A DNA stretch of 64,000 nucleotides. Origin: Nageia nagi (Eukaryota > Plantae > Pinophyta). The notes under the pieces were generated by a model. It saw only the letters and a program-made list of their open reading frames with translations, did not search any database and was not told where the DNA came from. Below are positions 25,483 to 36,527 of this stretch, piece by piece. The translations under genes were made by a program, and so were the position numbers. The stretch covers positions 32,054,001-32,118,000 of the forward strand of contig JBITNC010000002.1 in assembly GCA_050084985.1 (NCBI GenBank), in the 5' to 3' direction. Positions within the stretch are counted from its first letter, which is position 1, and each line of letters begins with the position of its first letter.

Positions 25483-25518
25483 ACTCTCAGGCTAGCAAGA
25501 TCACAACTTTGATACCAT

Positions 25519-26622
25519 TGTAATGTGTCAAACACAAAATACAAACACCCAAAACATAATTTCTATGCCAAACAATAGATCTAGAATATTTGTTTTTTTA
25601 TTAATTTTCCTCTTACATGCAAACCCTTCTAAGATCACAGTAAATAGAAATGATAATTAAATAGCATAAATCAACCTCCAAGCCCTAGCTTAGCTTTCGA
25701 ACAGTGAAGATTATCACCAAATTACCCTCATGCATAAGATGTCTGGCTGATGTGGCTGATTTTGATGCTTTAAAACCCTTGATTTTGCCTTGTAGGGCTG
25801 ACATCACATTGATATATGCAAATCTGACTCTCTTGAATGCAAATAACCCTTTTGTGAGGCAAACATCTAGTTGGTTGGGTCACATTTGGCCTTTTCTACA
25901 TGCAAATATGCCTCCTAGAGGCATATATCCCTCTCTTAGGGCTTCCTCAATGCATTATAATGCCCAAAAACATCTTATTTGCCCTCCTCTTGGCTAGATC
26001 TGATTTCTTGGTTCTAATTTGGTTCACAATTATGCTCAAATCACAAACTTTGGATAGGTTTGTCAGGTAGAGACAAGTAGAGAGCTAACTGGCCTAGCCT
26101 CCACTGGAGTAAATCCAATGGGAATCCCGTAAACTCAGAGAGATAGGGAGAATTCATTGTTAATTGAGGAATTGAATTGGGAGAATTTTGAAAAATTCTT
26201 GGGCTCTTCAAAATTCTCCCAATTCAATTCTCCAATCAACAACCCAAAATGAGGTCGTTGATATCTTTTATTCTCCTACCCTAATGCTAAGATAAATCTC
26301 AGCCTTAGATCTAATCATGAAGGGCTGACACAAGATCTAAGAGCTACGATATAATCTTGCATTGAAATCACTTAGACATAATACAAAAACGTTTTTTCCA
26401 CATAAAAGCATAAATTAATATCTTTTTGTAACCCAAAACTCACCCCAAATACTTAAATAAGTTGTTATACTAACATTTGAAGTCGCCAAAACACATTTAT
26501 TTACCTTTACAATCCTCATTTTGACCTCAAAACATAACAAAATACCCTCAATTATGCCCAAAACACACAAAACACACCAATTATTTACATATTTACAAAC
26601 TCGCAAATTTAGGGACATTACA
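25519..26622 (-). repeat. 5' LTR of element A
   Basis: Adjacent to the PBS ctttgatacca; ends gggacattaca. Confidence 0.93.
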
Positions 26623-26810
26623 AAATCCACTAAGAGGATCTTAACATTTGAAATTTCCTAGGAGCAATAATACAGTCTTTGACTGCCTTCCACCTTTTCC
26701 AAACGGGTTTGACGACATTGGAGCCTTCAAAAAAAACAGAAAATTTTGCACTACAAGATTGAGGAAAGAAAGATGGGATTTATCCATAAATTACTTTCCC
26801 TTATAATATA

Positions 26811-27130
26811 TTCCATGTGTTCTTGCCCTCTAAAGCCGTTAAAGTCTTTTAACAGCAACTTCAATTTTCTGTATCTTAAGATTTTTGAACGTTAGATTCC
26901 CTGAATTCTTAAGAAGATTAACACAGATTCTAGTTAATCACTTGTCTACTCTTACCAACTTTCCCTTTTTGGTATGTTCCATGGGGTTTTGCCCACTAAA
27001 GCCGTTAAAGTCTATTAGCAGCAACTTCAATTAACCTTAGCTTAAGATTTTAAACCTAATATTACCTGAATTCTTAGAAAGATTAACACAGATTCCAGTT
27101 AATCACATGTTTTCTCTTACCAACTTTCCT
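26811..27130 (+). repeat. Tandem duplication, period ~166 bp
   Basis: ttccatg..taaagccgttaaagtct..gattaacacagatt..ctcttaccaactttcc occurs twice. Confidence 0.9.
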
Positions 27131-27939
27131 ATTAAACCATAAGAAAATCCCAAATCATCTTTTCAACTTTATCAAAGTACCTCAATTTGGAAAGCCAAAA
27201 TGCAAAGTGATAACGAGTGTAGATAAAAGAACATTCTGAGATATCTGAAATCTTCCTAAGTCAAATTTTGTTTCCCATTTTCTCAATACACTAAAACTTT
27301 ATTTCCGACCATTGTACACATTCTTTTAAGGAGAATTTTAATGCAAAACAAAGACCCAGGTATTCATAAATAAAATCAGGGACATCAGAAGACTGCACCA
27401 ACAGAGAAGGCAAACTGAAATTTTGGATTCAGAGGCATTATAATACATTTCAAGTTTCCTAAACATATATTCAAAATTATCTTTTTACAACCTAGGAAAC
27501 AACACTGCATCATCATGAAAAAACATTCCTTGGCAAGGAAGCTGGGGAAATTCTTGCTGAAAGCAGAGAAGATTGAAAAGTTTCAGAATGATAATCTCTC
27601 TTGAAGCCCTGGGACAATGTGGTAATGGCTATCATGAAGTACTTCACCCTTGAGGCAGATTCATAGTTGTTGAAGCTTCCATCTGGCGATTCTTAACTAC
27701 ATGTGCCATGGGAAGCTAATGAACAACATCGAGTTCCTGTTTCAGTATGTGGAGAAATCAATTGTGGATGTCCAACAAGGAAAGACCACCATGCTTGTTC
27801 TTAATGGCCTCCTCAAATTGATAGTCAAGCACAAAGCATTGATGGCGAGCATGAAGATTTTGGTAGGCCGTATGTTATCCTTGCAAGTGTGGTTGGCATG
27901 AGATTATCCATGGAAATGCGAAGGAACATTTAGTACAGG

Positions 27940-28301
27940 AGACTTTTGAATACTCCTCTTCAAACGAGGTGCCCACGCATAAGGAGACTCATAAGCTAAA
28001 TAAGAGATATAGTCCAAAATTTCATATGGCAAAGAATGTGATGTTCCCAAATATTTCTTGTTCCAAATTATTAGCCAAGCATGCAACGAATTAGGAAATG
28101 AGCAAGAAATAATACATTTGGCAGAGAAGACTTTTGAATACTCCTCTTCAAACGAGGTGCCCACGCATAAGGAGACTCATAAGCTAAATAAGAAATATAG
28201 TCCAAAATTTCATATGGCAAAGAATGTAATGTTCCCAAATATTTCTTTTTCGAAATTATTAGCCAAGCATGCACCGAATTAGGAAATGAGCAAGAAATAA
28301 T
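27940..28301 (+). repeat. Tandem duplication, period ~188 bp
   Basis: gacttttgaatactcctcttcaaacgaggtgcccacgcataagg...gagcaagaaataat occurs twice, nearly identical. Confidence 0.93.
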
Positions 28302-28668
28302 GAACAATGCGAAAAATACCTCAATGCACAAACCAAAATAGGAGAATAATGCCAATGTCTCAATATTAAGCCATGATGGAGCAAGATACAAGCAATATGG
28401 CCCAATAAGGTTGATTTCTGGCTCAAAGGACCAGATCTAGGACACAAAGTAGGGCCTTCAACCCTTGGATCTGAGATGCCAAACTGGATTGACTAAGGGT
28501 TTTTGTCCTTAGCCAAGATCTAGTGAGGGCTACATCCCACTAAACCCTTCCCTCATTGGGTTTCTGTCCAACAAGAGTGTAATATCCCTAACTTAATTAT
28601 TTGTTAACAAAATCAGACCTGTAAATAATATTAAGAAAATATTACAAAACCTTAAGATAGTGACAAAC

Positions 28669-29323
28669 CTAGATCACATGGTATGGCGGTACACCGGTAC
28701 GTTGATATGCAAATATGAGTACCTGGTACGTGGTACCTTTGGGTCTAAAAATCTGGCACATTGGTACGGCATATATATATGTTATTTCGAAAATACCATA
28801 TTAACTTGCAATTTGCAAAAAAATAAGAATGATAACAGATACACATAAATAGCATTTTAGAAGGAAAACCATGTCTAGACTCTATATTAACTCCTATACA
28901 TGATAATTGAGAACTAAAAGTATAAAATGATGCAAAATCTAAAATAAGCCTTTACAGATGAGGCTTTACAAGTAAAACAACAAGAAGAAGCCTCTTCAGA
29001 GGAGCTATCCATGTGAATGCTTTACCTTTTTCCTTTGGTCAATGGCCAATGCTCAATGTTGCAATGCTAAAACCCTTGAAACTTGAAAGTTGATTGTGAG
29101 TGAGTGAGTGTTTTGATGTTAGAAGTGAGAGAGGGCAAGTTACAATGGAAGAGGGCAAGTGATTTTTTTACTTTATTGTGTTTTTTTAATGCAACCGCCT
29201 AGTATGCGCCTCGGTATGTAGGTACACACCTCGGTACACGTACCAAGCTTGGTACGCATACCCGCGTACATAGCACATACGGTACGGGGTATGGGACCCC
29301 CCAAGATGTACCATGTATGCTAG
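28669..29323. mobile_element. hAT-type MITE / non-autonomous DNA transposon
   Basis: Imperfect TIRs ctagatcacatggta / taccatgtatgctag, flanks tgacaaac / ccacaaac (6/8 TSD match), and dense subterminal GGTAC/GTACC motifs at both ends. Confidence 0.7.
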
Positions 29324-29985
29324 CCACAAACATAACACATAAATGTTATTGTATTTTTCCAAAATAGGGATTACAAACTTCAACCAAAAGGGTACTCAAA
29401 AATGTGCTCAAATCTGCAAAAGAAGCTTCTTCAAGTTGGACATCTCTCTCTAGGGCACAACTGGCTTTGCCAAAAATGGGTGAACTTCTCCAAAATCTGG
29501 TTTCACTAAATACTGCTGGAAACCACACTAAAACTGCCACATAAACACTGAATGCTGAGATTGGAATCTAAACACCAACTTTGAAATCCCAATGGCAAAC
29601 TTTGGATCAACCCTTGAATTCCAACCAAATAGCAAGGATCAACCTTATCTACCGGATTGGGTCTGCTGAAGAGTTCGGGATCAGCTCTAATCTCCAAAAG
29701 TGTGGTTGAAGGATCAACCTTATCATCAAGATCACAAAATAATAACATAACATAACCCTAAAATGGAGCGCTCAACATATATATAGCCATTCTATTTCTT
29801 CGTTGAGAAATAAAATCCTAAAACAACTTAAAGCACCTTATAACACTTTTATGTTCTAATTCTTCATTGTGTGGTCCCCATAACTTAAGCCACATTATTC
29901 CTACAACACACTTAACATTAAAATATAACATATTACTAGCCTAGCATGGACATCCCGCTTCTGTTAGCATAATAATGATATGAAG

Positions 29986-30545
29986 TGCACTTAAGTGAAT
30001 GGGGAATTAAAACATTATTGCTAGAATCAAAATGGGGACATTAAAGTTTGTCCTGCTCAAATTGCTTGTCCTCAAGCAATGACAAAGCTGAATCTGGAAA
30101 ACCTTTCCATTGCACCAAATCTTTGATGAAATAGGGTCGTTCATGGTTGGTGGGGCAAATATGAGCGCAAAGAAGATCACCAAGGGTTCCGCTCTTACAT
30201 TCATCATGTTATGAAGGAATCCAAAACCTCTTTGCCAAATGGGAGTATCAGAGGGTACTTTTGCACTTAAGTGAATGGGGAATTAAAACGTTATTGCTAG
30301 AATCAAAATGGGGACATTAAAGTTCGTCCTGCTCAAATTGCTTGTTTTCAAGCAATAACCAAGTTGAATCTGGAAAACCTTTCCACTGCACCAAATATTT
30401 AGTGATCTTTGATGAAATAGGGTCGTTCATGGTTGGTGGGGCAAATATGAGTGCAAAGAAGATCACCAAGGGTTCTGCTCTTACATTCATCATGTTATGA
30501 AGGAATCCAAAACCTCTTTGCCAAATGGGAGTATCAGAGGGTACT
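29986..30545. repeat. Tandem duplication (~277 bp) spanning the LTR/PPT junction of element B
   Basis: tgcacttaagtgaatggggaattaaaac...gggagtatcagagggtact at ~29986-30258 and ~30262-30545. Confidence 0.93.
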
Positions 30546-31342
30546 GTTGCAACACTAAAGTATGAGGGTTGTTCCCAACACATTCTCCAATGGCTGGCCA
30601 TTGACTGTCTCAAAACACTCCTGCTGATTGAAACTGTTAACACATTTCTACTGCTCATCTGCCCACTTTCAACTAAGGGATTCAATTTCTTGACAAAAAC
30701 ATTTGCGGCAATGTTTTGGCTGCAAGGACTGAGTTGTATCAGATCTGTTTTCTTGCTAATCAGGTCTGATTTTTTGAGAATCAAGACTGAGTTTTCCTTC
30801 TTTACAGTACTCATTGGCTGTACCAACCTTCCAAATGCATCAAAATCTTCTCCAATCTCAACAATGACAATAGTAACCTCTTCAACGATGGTGCAGAATT
30901 TCCCTTTAGTAACATAGAGAGATCAAATGTGATTGCAAATAATGACTGTTATAAGAACGGACTATTACAATATCAGTAAGGCTTTCTATTACTACTGGCA
31001 TGACCATGAAATGACTCACCCCAAGTGCAATCAACAAACCTGCTTTGCCCCATTGAAAATTGCTCTTTTTCATGCAATTTTCGGCCATAAAATGACTGTT
31101 CTCGTCATTGTATTCAACCATGTTCAATAACAACTAAAGGCTATCTTTGCTTGCTAGTTGCATCAAGAGTTGTTTCATTAGTATCTCATTTCCAGCGGTT
31201 AACCGTACTTTATCTTCTTTCATGTCTTGCACATAAGCAAATATGATATTAATTTCAATCTTCACAACTTCAAAATTCACAAGAAATTCAATCTTAGTCA
31301 ATATGGTACTTATCATGGAAAGTGCAGGATTCAAATTCACTC

Positions 31343-34300
31343 CTAATACCCCTCATAGGGCCAGACCAATTAATTTTAAGAGTCACAAACGACACTAAAT
31401 ACAATATTAATAAAGTGGTCCCACATGCACGATAGTAAAAACTAACTCCAGGGGTGTATTTTCAAAAGTCCATATCTCCCTTGTTTCTTGGCAGAACCAT
31501 GTTGTGTGACTTGTCAAAATGATTTGCACGAGATTCTCTATCCATTTCAGAAGACAAATCGGTGATCCATGGACTGTGACGAAAGTTATGCCTTCAACAA
31601 TGTTTCTCAAAATTGGGGACATCACAAGTCTTCCCCTCACAAATTGCTTGCCCTCAAACAATTCTAGGAACCTCCAAAGGTGGTGCTCTTCATTCAAACT
31701 GTCCAAGTGTCTTTCAAAATCATCCTTGGTTAGTGCTAAGGGAGTGCAGCTAATAGGGCATCCATTCCATGGAATGAAGTCAAGAAACATCGCTGATGAT
31801 GTGTGCTCTTTATGCTGAACTCTGTTGCAAACTTCTTCAAACTGTCCCAATTTTCCATATTTGTTGCCAAACTGCTCCATCAGACCTGGTCCTTGAACTG
31901 TGGTGGCCCAACTTGATGTCTTCAGTCCCTTTTTATCGTACAGGGATGGAGTTCGAACTGCCCATTTGATCATGTTATCATTCCCAAATTCGTCCTTCTT
32001 AGTTTTCTTGTGCAACAATCGTTTAATGCCACTTTCGACTTGCTTGTATTCAAACTTCAATGGAATCAAAAGGGGTGAAATCAAACTCGGTAAACTGCTG
32101 TCAAAATCATAATTGTACTTGTTCCTTGCCATCAATGGTTGCCTTTGATCTTCGTCTAGCTTGAGGTGACTGCTGCAAACTTTGGGGATACTGCTGTCCT
32201 CTTTTTGAGTGGCATCATGGCTGGGTTTTATCTTCAAAAATGTATGCCTTTTGTCTTTGTCCAATGTGAGATCACTGCTGCAAATTTTGGAGTCACTGCT
32301 GTTCCTGACTGGAATGGTATCGTGGCTGAGTTTTGCCCCCAAGGTATTCTCGAAGGTCTCCTCTTTACGATCCAAACTCAGATTCCTCCTATCCCTATTG
32401 TTGTATAATGACAGAATTGAGAAAACCCAAAAATAACAGGAAACACATCCATACAAAAGGAAATGAAGGAGTGGATGCATTATCCACATCAGTATGTACA
32501 ACCTTTTTCTCTAAAACAAGCGTAGTTCGGATCTTCACAAGAAAAACAGTCTTTATCATCACTGAAAACGTTCTTCCACTCTTTCTACAATGAGCAAATT
32601 CAATCCTCATGCAATGCTTCCCTAAAATTAGGAATCTATGTTATGTAGCATCATGTTTTAACATATAAAATATAGTGATGACCAAGATACAAAGTCTGAT
32701 GTAGTGTGCAGCCCTTATTGTCATACCAATCAGCCAAATGAAGTCGAGATTTCCTTTAACCCTGTCACACATGATACAGTCTTACTTGTTTCCTCATCTA
32801 TCATCTCAACAACTGCAGTCCTATTCATCTGCTCACCGATTGTAACAGTCAACTTAAATAGTGCAGTCCCATGTATACCCAGAAATGTGGTTATGCTCAA
32901 CAAGAAATCATTTTCATTCTCACCATACTCCAATGTAACCAAGGCATGGATACCAAAACAACAGTTACAGAAATCATACCTCATAAAAGCATCACTGTGG
33001 CTGATGATAAACTTAAACTAATTCAAAACAAACTCAAAATGGAGCTGAAATACAGTAACGGAGATATATAATTGAATAGGAGCAACTCAAATAATGTAGG
33101 AAAAAAGGTATTACAGAGAATGAACTTCAGATATGAAGCTTCATCAACAATGGAGTAAGTTGCAGAACAAAGTTAACTACATTAACACACTACATACAAT
33201 AATCAAGACTAACTGAATTACTAACTATCTAACCTAGTAACTGATGCCAATAAGTAATACATGTCGTATGCTTCAAGGTGATCTGGAATACAAAGAAAAA
33301 ACGCTAAAGAACTCAAAGAAACACCTTAGGATTGAGAGTTACGAGGCACTACAAATCTGGGTCTAACTGGTGGGCTGTAGACTGGTTGGATAGGCCTAAT
33401 TGGTTGGATGAGGACCAGTTGACATTTGGGGGCCGGTTGGTCGGCTGGCTAGCTGATCTGTAGGGTACCAGCTAGTCAGTGAACTCTGTAGGCATGAAAA
33501 TTGCCTCGGGATATGTGCTAAGTCCCCAAAAACTGAACCATTATTTTAAATAGTGTCTAGGTGCTTCTACAAGTGTGATGTTCCATTCAAAATGCTCCAA
33601 AGCTTCTTTGAGAATGGAACGAATCTCTAGGGGTCCACAGATTGCCCTAGAAGTGTCTTCTTCTCCCACTCTTGTCATGAATATACTAGTGGTCCAAGCT
33701 ATCATATATTCATTCATGGAGCTGAAATAATGAAGCAAATCTGAGTGTGAATTTGAGCCATCATTAAACTCAACGTTTGGCCTAAGCAAGGGCTGATCCA
33801 CACACTTTATCATCATTGTTCTTTGCTGCTGTCCATAAACTGAGTGTGATAACAGGATCAAATTTTTGTTTCTAACAATGCCATCAATTTTGCTGAGTGG
33901 GACATGAAGTGCATCTCTACAAGTGACCCTAACTGTACCAAGCAATGTGGGCATGCTAACTCCCAACTTCATCAACCTATTATCTCTCATTATTGCAACC
34001 CAAAGGAAGGAAATGAAACATAGTCATACCTTTTTGGAGTTTTCACATGCTGCTGTCCAAAATCTGAATGTAGTAAGGAAGCCTGATTTGTTTGTCTGAT
34101 CATGCTATCATCCCCACCATGGTTATGAGGAAGGCTCTTTGGTACCATTGTATGAAGTGGTCTTTCAACTTGGTGTTTCATTGGTTCATGTCTCATTCCC
34201 AATGCATCCAAAGATGGGTTAATTAAACTCAGTATATTGCTGTGGAAATCAGAAATGATGCAGTACCTTTCGTGAGTGGCAATGTGGCTAAATCTTGCCC

Positions 34301-36527
34301 CAAATGTGTGCTCTTGGGATTCCTTTATGTTAAGTGTATTGCTGTGAAAATCAGGAGCGTTGTAGTGCCTTTTATGAGTGGTAATTTGGCTGGTCCATGA
34401 CTTTAAAAAGTACCAAGATGAATTCATCGGTGATGCACCCCTTTGAAACCTCTTTAAGTCTCCTCAAGAATGGGTCCACCATGTTGATGCTCTGCTACTC
34501 TACTCTTTCTTCAATATCGACTTCTAGACTTGGCACATCTTCTTCACTTGTCATAGTTCCTACACAAGGCTCCCTAACCAAATCATCTTCTTGCATGTCC
34601 TCATCATTTTTGGGTGTCAAAACGCCTGAGTCCCATGGATTCAAGTGCTGATTGTTTTGATGAGAGAAAACCCTTTCATGAGTGATTGTTTCTTTAATCA
34701 GTCGGAAATTATCATGGGTACTTTTCTCCTTAGGTTTGGTTTGAAAATCAAACCCAAGCCTTCCTGAATTATGATTATAAAAGGTGGATTTGAAAGCTTC
34801 AATGTGCTCACCTCCAGCAAGCTTCCCTTCAACAACTTGATCCTTTATTTTGGAAATTCCTCCTTCGAGAATTAGGGCATCATTCAATGAAATGCTTTCA
34901 ACCTTGTGAATGGCCACCTCTTTCATTTCTTTATTTTAGATCCATCAATTTTCATTTCATGAGTCACAACCAATTTCCCCTTGTCTTTTTCTTTTTCAAG
35001 CTTGCCCTCTACCATTTCACCATCAAGCATAGGGACTTGCATTCTTTGTTGTAGATCTCTCTTTTTCCTATGGTTTTCTCCTATAACCTTCTTGCCTAAA
35101 ATACTTAAATAGCTTTCATAAGAAACAAATTTCTTGAAAATTGCACTCTTACCTTGGAATTGTGCGAAGTATGTGTTCCATTCTTTGTCTAAGCAATTAT
35201 GATCATTTCCTTGTTCTTGTGTGGCTGCCCTAGGATTCATGTGCAATGTCCTAGGTTCTTGTTGATAGGGTTGAGAGAGCCCATCTACCTTGTTTACCAA
35301 CTGGGTTAGCAAACTTATCATACTCTTCAATTGCTCCGGTAGAATGGCCATCTTTTTCAAACCCTAGCATATAATTCCTCATAGGCTGGCAGGACTTGTG
35401 AGCTTTGATACCACCGTAATCTACCCTTCTAGGGCTCAAGACATGTATTGCAAAACTTTAAATGCTTATCATTCATCCAACCATGCAACCAAGAGTGAAT
35501 TATGATAACTGTAATCAGATCTGTTAGATAACAGTAGTGATGCTCTTATGCCATGCAAAACCCTTCAATTTAGGGTATAAACACAGATATGCCATGTAAC
35601 AATATTATGCTACCAAAGCACTCTAATTCTCATACATTCCCATGCACAAATATTGATAACAGTACAATAACAATGAAATAGCATTCATCCACGTACAACA
35701 ATCAATATTAGAGCCAAATATGATATATAATAACCAAGAATAAACGCAGGTCTATAACAAGCCTGTAACAAGTTTTAGGACATCGTACGAGATTCCCAAT
35801 AAGCACAATAAATATTCCCAAAGTTGGCGCAAGTCTTCCAAGTCCTACCAACGGCTAGCGCAAGTGCTATAATGGCTTCCAATGATGGCACAAGCTCTCC
35901 AAGCGTAGATAATAGTGAATATGCCGCTTCTAGGCTAGAGAACAGCCCTAGACCATAGAAGGAAGTGAGGAGCAGCCCTAACTCTGAGAGATCAAAGATC
36001 AAATGCTAAATTATGATGTCTTCAAATGTGGTGCTCACTTCCCTTTTGTAGTGAGCTAGGAGAAGTCCAATTCTAATTTGTGATTGGCCGACCCAACTTA
36101 GAAATAATATAACTCGTAGTTGACAAATGACTCCTCCTAAGCTAGACGTTGGGCAATTAAGTAATAATATATTTCCTTATTACCAAACATGGCCCACGTT
36201 TGTTATAAAATAACAAGTACATCTAATCTAAATAAAATTCTCTTCTAATACCCCTCATAGGGCCAGACCATTAATTTTAAATGTCACAAACGACACTAAA
36301 TACAATATTAATAAAGTGGGTCTTGTGCGCGCGATAGTAAAAGTTGGATTCAAGGATGAATCTTCAAAAGTCCATATCTCCCTCGTTTCTTGAAGGAACC
36401 ATGTCGTGTGAACTGTCAAAACAATTGGCACGAGATTCTTATTCAATTTAGAAGACAAATCGGTGATCTATGGATTGTGACAAACGTTATGCCTTCAACA
36501 AGGTTTCTCAAAATTGGGGACATTACA
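31343..36527 (-). mobile_element. Element C: non-autonomous gypsy derivative (5' LTR 35415-36527, PBS 35402-35413, patchwork interior, PPT, truncated 3' LTR 31343-31626)
   Basis: 31343-31626 aligns with 36245-36527; gctttgatacca PBS; gag-like N-terminal remnant 34923-35360; no RT, RNase H or integrase motifs. Confidence 0.85.

Larger units (their letters stand above)
20535..26622 (-). mobile_element. Element A: two-LTR non-autonomous chromovirus-type Ty3/gypsy element (gag, protease, no RT/RH/IN core, chromodomain remnant)
   Basis: LTRs at 20535-21570 and 25519-26622 (TG..CA); TSD aaatt/aaatc; PBS at 25507-25517; PPT at 21571-21583; gag motifs YLEGVAHQWW and CFSCKKPWGHGHQC; protease-like GATHTFIDE; YLVKWKSLPLDDASWE. 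Confidence 0.93.
26628..28573 (+). mobile_element. Element D remnant: tandem repeats, different accessory ORF remnant and LTR-like terminus
   Basis: ORF remnant LKPWDNVVMAIMKYFTLE..FHLAILNYMCHGKLMNNIEFLFQ (27600-27900). The last ~45 bp (catcccactaaacccttccc..tgtccaaca) match the terminus at 59233. It probably began near 20050, before element A inserted. Confidence 0.55.
28578..31342 (-). mobile_element. Element B: 3' LTR (28578-30045, interrupted by a MITE), PPT region, chromodomain remnant and patchwork interior
   Basis: tgtaatatccc...atggggacattaaa; the adjacent tgcttgtcctcaagca tail is shared with elements A, C and E; KYLVQWKGFPDSTW in ORF 30317-30826. Confidence 0.75.

Noticed and set aside
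31407-32501. 364-aa ORF as a host gene
   Set aside because: It lies within element C, runs through its PPT into the LTR and has no recognisable domain, so it is treated as TE patchwork.
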